DNA of 64,000 bases. It comes from an uncultured Thermodesulfobacteriota bacterium. GTDB lineage: Bacteria > Desulfobacterota > Desulfarculia > JACQYL01. The translations under genes were made by a program, and so were the position numbers. Position 1 is the stretch's first letter, and every line of letters begins with the position of its first letter. Location: contig CAZQXK010000005.1 in NCBI GenBank assembly GCA_964597345.1, positions 10,144 through 74,143 on the forward strand. Reading direction: 5' to 3'. Shown one piece after another: positions 59,583 through 64,000 of the stretch. The notes beneath the pieces were generated by a model. It was given only the letters and a program-made list of their open reading frames with translations. It had not been told where the DNA came from and did no database searches.

Positions 59583-60161
59583 ATGAAACGGAACTATTGC
59601 TTGAACGTATTACTCTTGAGTGCGATGTTAGGTTTTTCAGCTGGGGATTACGCGGAAACGTCGGCCCAGTCTACGGCTGAACCCACTTTCGCGGTACTAC
59701 CGTTCTTTATGCCGGGTGAAGCGAAAGACTATGTGCACGTGATCATGAAATCGCTTTACGACGTGGTGGAAGACATGGAACTCTTCGTGCCTGCGTATTC
59801 CTATTACCCCGGGGATGGAAGATACTCGCCTGAAGCCATTCCCGCAGGTCAATTACAGCCCGGCGAGATATCAAGGCTTTGGAAGCGGAAGAGTTTCTTC
59901 GCTCCCTGGGAGCCCAATGACGCTCTCGTGTTCGAGATCGGGGAGAGGCTGGGAGTCGATGGAGTGCTTCTCTATTCGGTGCAGATCTTGGGTCGTGGAA
60001 ACGACCGAATTCAGTCATTTTTGTATCATATCAAAGATCGCCGGGTCCTTACCAGAGGAGTGGTGGACGAGATCAAGCATAACTACACCAGTGAAATCTC
60101 CACGGTGATGCTCTCCTCCCGAATTCGACAGGTGACTGCCGACGTGTTTTACAAGTTCTAA
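59583..60161 (+). CDS. Secreted hypothetical protein with signal peptide
   Basis: MKRNYCLNVLLLSAMLGFSAG signal; AAGGA RBS; FAVLPF motif as seen in periplasmic/outer-membrane-associated domains; its stop TAA is the TA flank of MITE copy 16. Confidence 0.5.
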   Translation: MKRNYCLNVLLLSAMLGFSAGDYAETSAQSTAEPTFAVLPFFMPGEAKDYVHVIMKSLYDVVEDMELFVPAYSYYPGDGRYSPEAIPAGQLQPGEISRLWKRKSFFAPWEPNDALVFEIGERLGVDGVLLYSVQILGRGNDRIQSFLYHIKDRRVLTRGVVDEIKHNYTSEISTVMLSSRIRQVTADVFYKF

Positions 60162-60250
60162 CAGGCTGTCGAAAAAACGCGATCTGACGTACCGTCTGTG
60201 GCGTACATTTTCTTCCTTGCCGTATCTGTGATCGGCCTGTCCGAGCCGGT
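60159..60250 (+). mobile_element. MITE-like repeat copy 16 (degenerate/truncated, ~90 bp)
   Basis: TA|ACAGGCTGTCGAAAAAACGCGATCTGACGTACCGTCTGTGGCGTAC...ATCTGTGATCGGCCTGTCCG. Confidence 0.55.
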
Positions 60251-60380
60251 CGTGCCTGCACCGAAACCTGAAGTGCAGGCGCGACCGAGACGGGTATGCA
60301 TCGTAAGCTCTTCATCGCGTTGTCTTGGAGCCGCCTGCCGAACCACGGATCTTCTCCTCGGGCCTGTCTTTTCCCCGGGT

Positions 60381-63300
60381 TCACGGTTCCATACCCACAA
60401 TTCCCCTGACTCGGGTTTCCCGTGAGCGGGCCTTATTATTCAAAGAGTCGGGGTCGGGGGTTTCTGAAATTATTTCCACCTGGGCGGCGATTATTCCACT
60501 GGGCGCCGACTTCCGGACCGCGCCTCGAATCAGGATGAGCTGGGATCTTTCAGGGGACAGGTCCCCAAGAGTCCATTGTTCTTTAAAGGATTCCCAACGG
60601 CTGCCGCCGTCCACGGACATTTCGATTTCATGAACCTGGCTGGGGGGGAAGCTTCTCAGCTCGACGTTACGGGCGTTAGAGGGGCCGTGGTTGGTGACGG
60701 TGACACTGTATAATACCGGTCGACCCGCGTCGACGGGGCCCTCGGGTCCGGACATGGTGACCGAAAGATCCGCACGGCCGGTGATCTCGGACGATTCCGG
60801 TTTCATTCGGTTGTTGGAAGGGTCAGGGTCCCGCGTGGGGGAGCGGACTTCGGCATCCAGGTCCAAGGTTCCAGCCGCACCTGAGTGAATGCTTGCCCGG
60901 ATCAACAGGTGTCTGGATTGAGCGGCTTCAATGGATCCCAATTGGATCATGGCTCCCGCGGAACTCCATGAGCGGCCTCCGTCCAGGGAACATTGGAGAT
61001 CCTTCACCACCTCGGTCACCTGAACGTTCAGGGTGACGTCTTCCGCTCTCGAAGGTCCCTGGTTGTGTATGGTGATGGTGTAGAAACCCTGCCCCCCCGC
61101 AGGAACGGCGGACGGGACTCCCGTCCAGACGGCGGAAAGGTCGGCGACTCGTTCCACCCGGGTCGTGACGGAAGCCTCGTTGTTGCCGGAATTCCTGTCG
61201 TCGGTTTCAGATGTCACACGAGCCCGATTCACTAGGAAATCTTCAGCCGACGCCTCCACATGAATACGAAGTTCCATCGTACGGGATTGACCTGCCGGAA
61301 TCTTTCCCAGGGGCAGCGCGCCCTTCCAAGGCCTCCATGCTCCGGAATCTTCCTTCAACCGGAATTCAGGCCGAGACGCCCCCGGCGGCATGTCCTCCAT
61401 GATACGTACGTTTTGTGCGTCCGACGGACCCAAATTCTCCGCGTGAATCGAGTAGATCAAGGATTCCAGTACGGTGACGGTATCCGACGCCGATTCTTTT
61501 CTCAGAACCAAATCCGCCCTTCTTTCAATCCGGGATTCAGTCCGTCCGCTGCGGTTGTTGCCCGGTTCCGGGTCCGGAGTTTGAGAAGATACGGAAAGGG
61601 AAAGGGAGGTTGCATCCGCTTTGGAGGAAGCGGCCACGGTTCCGCGAAGCCACACCGTCCTCGGGGTATGTACAGGGAGATCGCCTAGAAGAGATCCTTC
61701 TTTCCAAGGGTTCCACCCGTCCGTGGGCGATGTTATGGAAACCTCCAGATTCTTAAGGTGTTCCGTTCTCATTTCCTTAAGGACCACCTGCCGGGCGTCC
61801 GACGGTCCTCGATTCCAGACGTGAATCTGGAATAGGCTCGATTCCCCCGCTGTGATGACTTCCGGGATGTCTCCGGGTTCGATGGAAAGATCGGAACGGG
61901 TCTGTATGGAAGCAATGGATTTGACGCTTGTTTCCTCGTAACGGGAGGGATCCAGGGTGATCCATCGCAAAACCGGTTTGAGTTCCAACATCCCCAACGC
62001 GGATGAAGGCACAAGACCTTCCAGATGAACGGCCGCCGATTGCCCTGCTTCGAGAGTTTCCATGGACAGGGAACCGGTCCAGGACTTCTTCTCCGGCGCC
62101 CCGTTCTCCCGGTAATGCAGGTCTTGAAGGGCATGGGTGGGATCCAGCTTCAGGGCTACTTGTCGGGCATCGGAAGGGCCGTGGTTGGTCATATGAAGGG
62201 TATACCCGGTTGGTCTTCCCGCCGTAACGGGTCCCGCGGGCGTATCCACGGAAACCGTCACTCGGGACCGCCCTCTCAGCGGGGTCACGACGGCGGCTTT
62301 GTTGTTGGCCGGATTCGGATCCGGTCCTTCCGTCATGACCCGTATCCCGTAATCAATGGGATCCACCGCAGAGGAAGATACGAGACCGCGAACCATTAAA
62401 TGTCTTTTTCCCCCCGCCTCGATCCGCCCGATAATCCTTTCCGCTTCCCAATCCAGCCAGGATCGGCCGTCGTCTTCCGAGAGTCGAACGTTGGAAAGGG
62501 CCTCAGGACGCGATTCGTGCAGTGCCACTCTGTCGGTGTCGGAAGGCCCGTCGTTGTAAACCGTCGCGCGGTATTCCACGTAGTCGCCGGCAATTGCGGG
62601 ATCGCTGAGGGAAGTCAGTTCCAGACGGAGGTCCGATTCGAGCACCACGGACAGCGTCGTTGAGGCTTCGTTGTTGCCTGCGACGGGATCCTCGGTGGAT
62701 GATCGAACCTTGAAAACAAGGTCCAGTCGGTCGCGGGCGGAGGGAGCCGCACGGCCGACCACTTGGACGTGTTTGGTGGAACCCGCTTTCATGGGACCCA
62801 ATTGAAGGGGGGACCATGCGAGCGACTCGCTCGGTGTTTCTTCGATCCCCATAATGAACTTGGGATCCAGGATGCCTTCGGAAAAGATCCCTGAGAGCTG
62901 GATGTCGGAAGCGTCGGAAGGTCCGGCGTTATGCAAGGTGAAGCGTCCTTCAAGAACGCCCCCGGCTGTCACGGATTCCTCGAACTCAATTTTGGAAATC
63001 ACCAGATCCGCTTTTGGCTGTACGAGAATCCGTCGTTCCTTCTGGCTGTCGGCCGGCTTGGCGTCCAGTGTTTCCGAGTTCACCCTGATACGCAAGTCAA
63101 GGGCCCCATCAGCCGAAGCAGCCACCGTACCTCGGAAGCGTAACTCCATCGAGCGATTCGCCGGCAAGATGTCCCAGCGAAGGAAGCCTTCCCAGGGTTT
63201 CCAATTGACTCCACGGTCTTCCGAATATTCCGGGTCGGAGATATCTTCCGGATGGAAATGTTCAAGCGAAACCTGAACGGCATCGGAAGGCCCGGCATTG

Positions 63301-64000
63301 GACACGTGGGCCGCGTATTCCAGGATCATGCCTGCTTCGATGCTCTTGGGAAGCCCTTTCTCTTCGATGATGAGGTTGGCCCGTAACTGTATGGGAGACG
63401 TGATCCGGATAATGTTGTTCCGGGTTTGAGGGTCTTCCGTCACGGATGAAAACAGTTCGAATTGCGCCGCAAAGTCACCTCGGGCTGAGGATGACAGGGA
63501 GCCTCGGACATGAAAGAGTTGGCTTCGGTTTGCGGGGAGGTTCACCAAAGTGAGATTGCCGGGCCAGGGTCTCCACGTTTTTCCACCGTCGCGGGAAAAT
63601 TCAGGGTGAAGCAGCATTCCCGGAAGTTCCCCCGATAATCGGACCGTGTCCGCGTCGGAGGGTCCCCCGTTGTGTGCTCGAAGTTCGTACAGGAGTTGGG
63701 TTCCCGCCGTAGGTTCCTTCTCGGCGGCTTCCAGTGTGAGCGTGAGATCCGCCTGGACCCGGACATCCAGGTTCAAAGCGGCCGTGTTGTTTTCGGTATC
63801 CGGATCGTCGGTGGGCGACTCAACCCGAGCCCGGAAGCGCAGGGATTCAGTGGCGGAGGCGTCCACATCACCGTACAAATGAACGGTCCGGGATTGCCTG
63901 GCCTGAAGGTCTCCCAAAGGAATGGTTTCCTTCCACTCGAGAAAAACGCCCGTGTCGTCCAAAGAGTACTTGGTATCTCTGAGATCCGGAGGGGGGGACA
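60381..64000 (-). CDS. Very large repetitive surface protein with at least 9 DUF11 / 'conserved repeat domain' units; N-terminus lies beyond the window
   Basis: ~110-aa repeats each with the N.GPSDA motif (HNGGPSDAD, SNAGPSDAV, HNAGPSDAS, YNDGPSDTD, TNHGPSDAR, WNRGPSDAR, ENLGPSDAQ, HNQGPSRAE, TNHGPSNAR); the ORF is open to the window edge. Confidence 0.7.
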   Translation of the reverse strand, partial: SPPPDLRDTKYSLDDTGVFLEWKETIPLGDLQARQSRTVHLYGDVDASATESLRFRARVESPTDDPDTENNTAALNLDVRVQADLTLTLEAAEKEPTAGTQLLYELRAHNGGPSDADTVRLSGELPGMLLHPEFSRDGGKTWRPWPGNLTLVNLPANRSQLFHVRGSLSSSARGDFAAQFELFSSVTEDPQTRNNIIRITSPIQLRANLIIEEKGLPKSIEAGMILEYAAHVSNAGPSDAVQVSLEHFHPEDISDPEYSEDRGVNWKPWEGFLRWDILPANRSMELRFRGTVAASADGALDLRIRVNSETLDAKPADSQKERRILVQPKADLVISKIEFEESVTAGGVLEGRFTLHNAGPSDASDIQLSGIFSEGILDPKFIMGIEETPSESLAWSPLQLGPMKAGSTKHVQVVGRAAPSARDRLDLVFKVRSSTEDPVAGNNEASTTLSVVLESDLRLELTSLSDPAIAGDYVEYRATVYNDGPSDTDRVALHESRPEALSNVRLSEDDGRSWLDWEAERIIGRIEAGGKRHLMVRGLVSSSAVDPIDYGIRVMTEGPDPNPANNKAAVVTPLRGRSRVTVSVDTPAGPVTAGRPTGYTLHMTNHGPSDARQVALKLDPTHALQDLHYRENGAPEKKSWTGSLSMETLEAGQSAAVHLEGLVPSSALGMLELKPVLRWITLDPSRYEETSVKSIASIQTRSDLSIEPGDIPEVITAGESSLFQIHVWNRGPSDARQVVLKEMRTEHLKNLEVSITSPTDGWNPWKEGSLLGDLPVHTPRTVWLRGTVAASSKADATSLSLSVSSQTPDPEPGNNRSGRTESRIERRADLVLRKESASDTVTVLESLIYSIHAENLGPSDAQNVRIMEDMPPGASRPEFRLKEDSGAWRPWKGALPLGKIPAGQSRTMELRIHVEASAEDFLVNRARVTSETDDRNSGNNEASVTTRVERVADLSAVWTGVPSAVPAGGQGFYTITIHNQGPSRAEDVTLNVQVTEVVKDLQCSLDGGRSWSSAGAMIQLGSIEAAQSRHLLIRASIHSGAAGTLDLDAEVRSPTRDPDPSNNRMKPESSEITGRADLSVTMSGPEGPVDAGRPVLYSVTVTNHGPSNARNVELRSFPPSQVHEIEMSVDGGSRWESFKEQWTLGDLSPERSQLILIRGAVRKSAPSGIIAAQVEIISETPDPDSLNNKARSRETRVRGIVGMEP

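Noticed and set aside
5941-60250. Possibility that the repeated elements form a CRISPR array
   Set aside because: The repeats are 145-200 bp, irregularly spaced kilobases apart, individually bounded by TIRs, and have no cas genes nearby. They are dispersed repeats, not CRISPR.
60252-60285. Stem-loop CCTGCAC-N10-GTGCAGG after the 59583-60161 gene as a rho-independent terminator
   Set aside because: No downstream T-run, and it lies within the degenerate MITE copy 16 region.

Overview
This is a high-GC (about 60%) bacterial chromosomal segment carrying roughly 60 densely packed protein-coding genes on both strands. The gene content is mostly housekeeping and looks like a deltaproteobacterium-type anaerobe: dCMP deaminase and a divergent ThyA, suhB, a YggU/DivIVA/YggT division cluster, fbp, tsaD, rsmA, panCD, hisH, mlaEFD, a multi-kinase two-component cluster, a transcarboxylase-5S-type carboxyltransferase, gnd-zwf-pgl, an ADP-forming acetyl-CoA synthetase, livKHMGF, ruvCAB-yebC-rlmE, and a giant DUF11-repeat surface protein that runs off the window end. 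I saw no rRNA, tRNA or CRISPR array. The outstanding feature is a family of 17 full, partial or degenerate copies of a 145-200 bp intergenic repeat. Each copy has ~17-bp terminal inverted repeats (ACAGGCCGTTGAAAAAC ... GTTTATCAACGGGCTGT), flanking TA dinucleotides and conserved internal hairpins. That makes it MITE-like, with a Tc1/IS630-style TA target signature. The copies occupy about 5% of the window, and 16 of 17 lie in the same orientation. One copy splits rdgC into two ORFs. Three copies sit exactly on the TA of gene stop codons. Several end 30-70 bp upstream of start codons, and four cluster around a lower-GC phosphoribosyltransferase gene. Many ORFs in the six-frame track are translations of this repeat (recurring peptides such as HPSSLRRTVCTPHSSGFARLASHRF and NDEMQGARILRNEA) or high-GC antisense artefacts.
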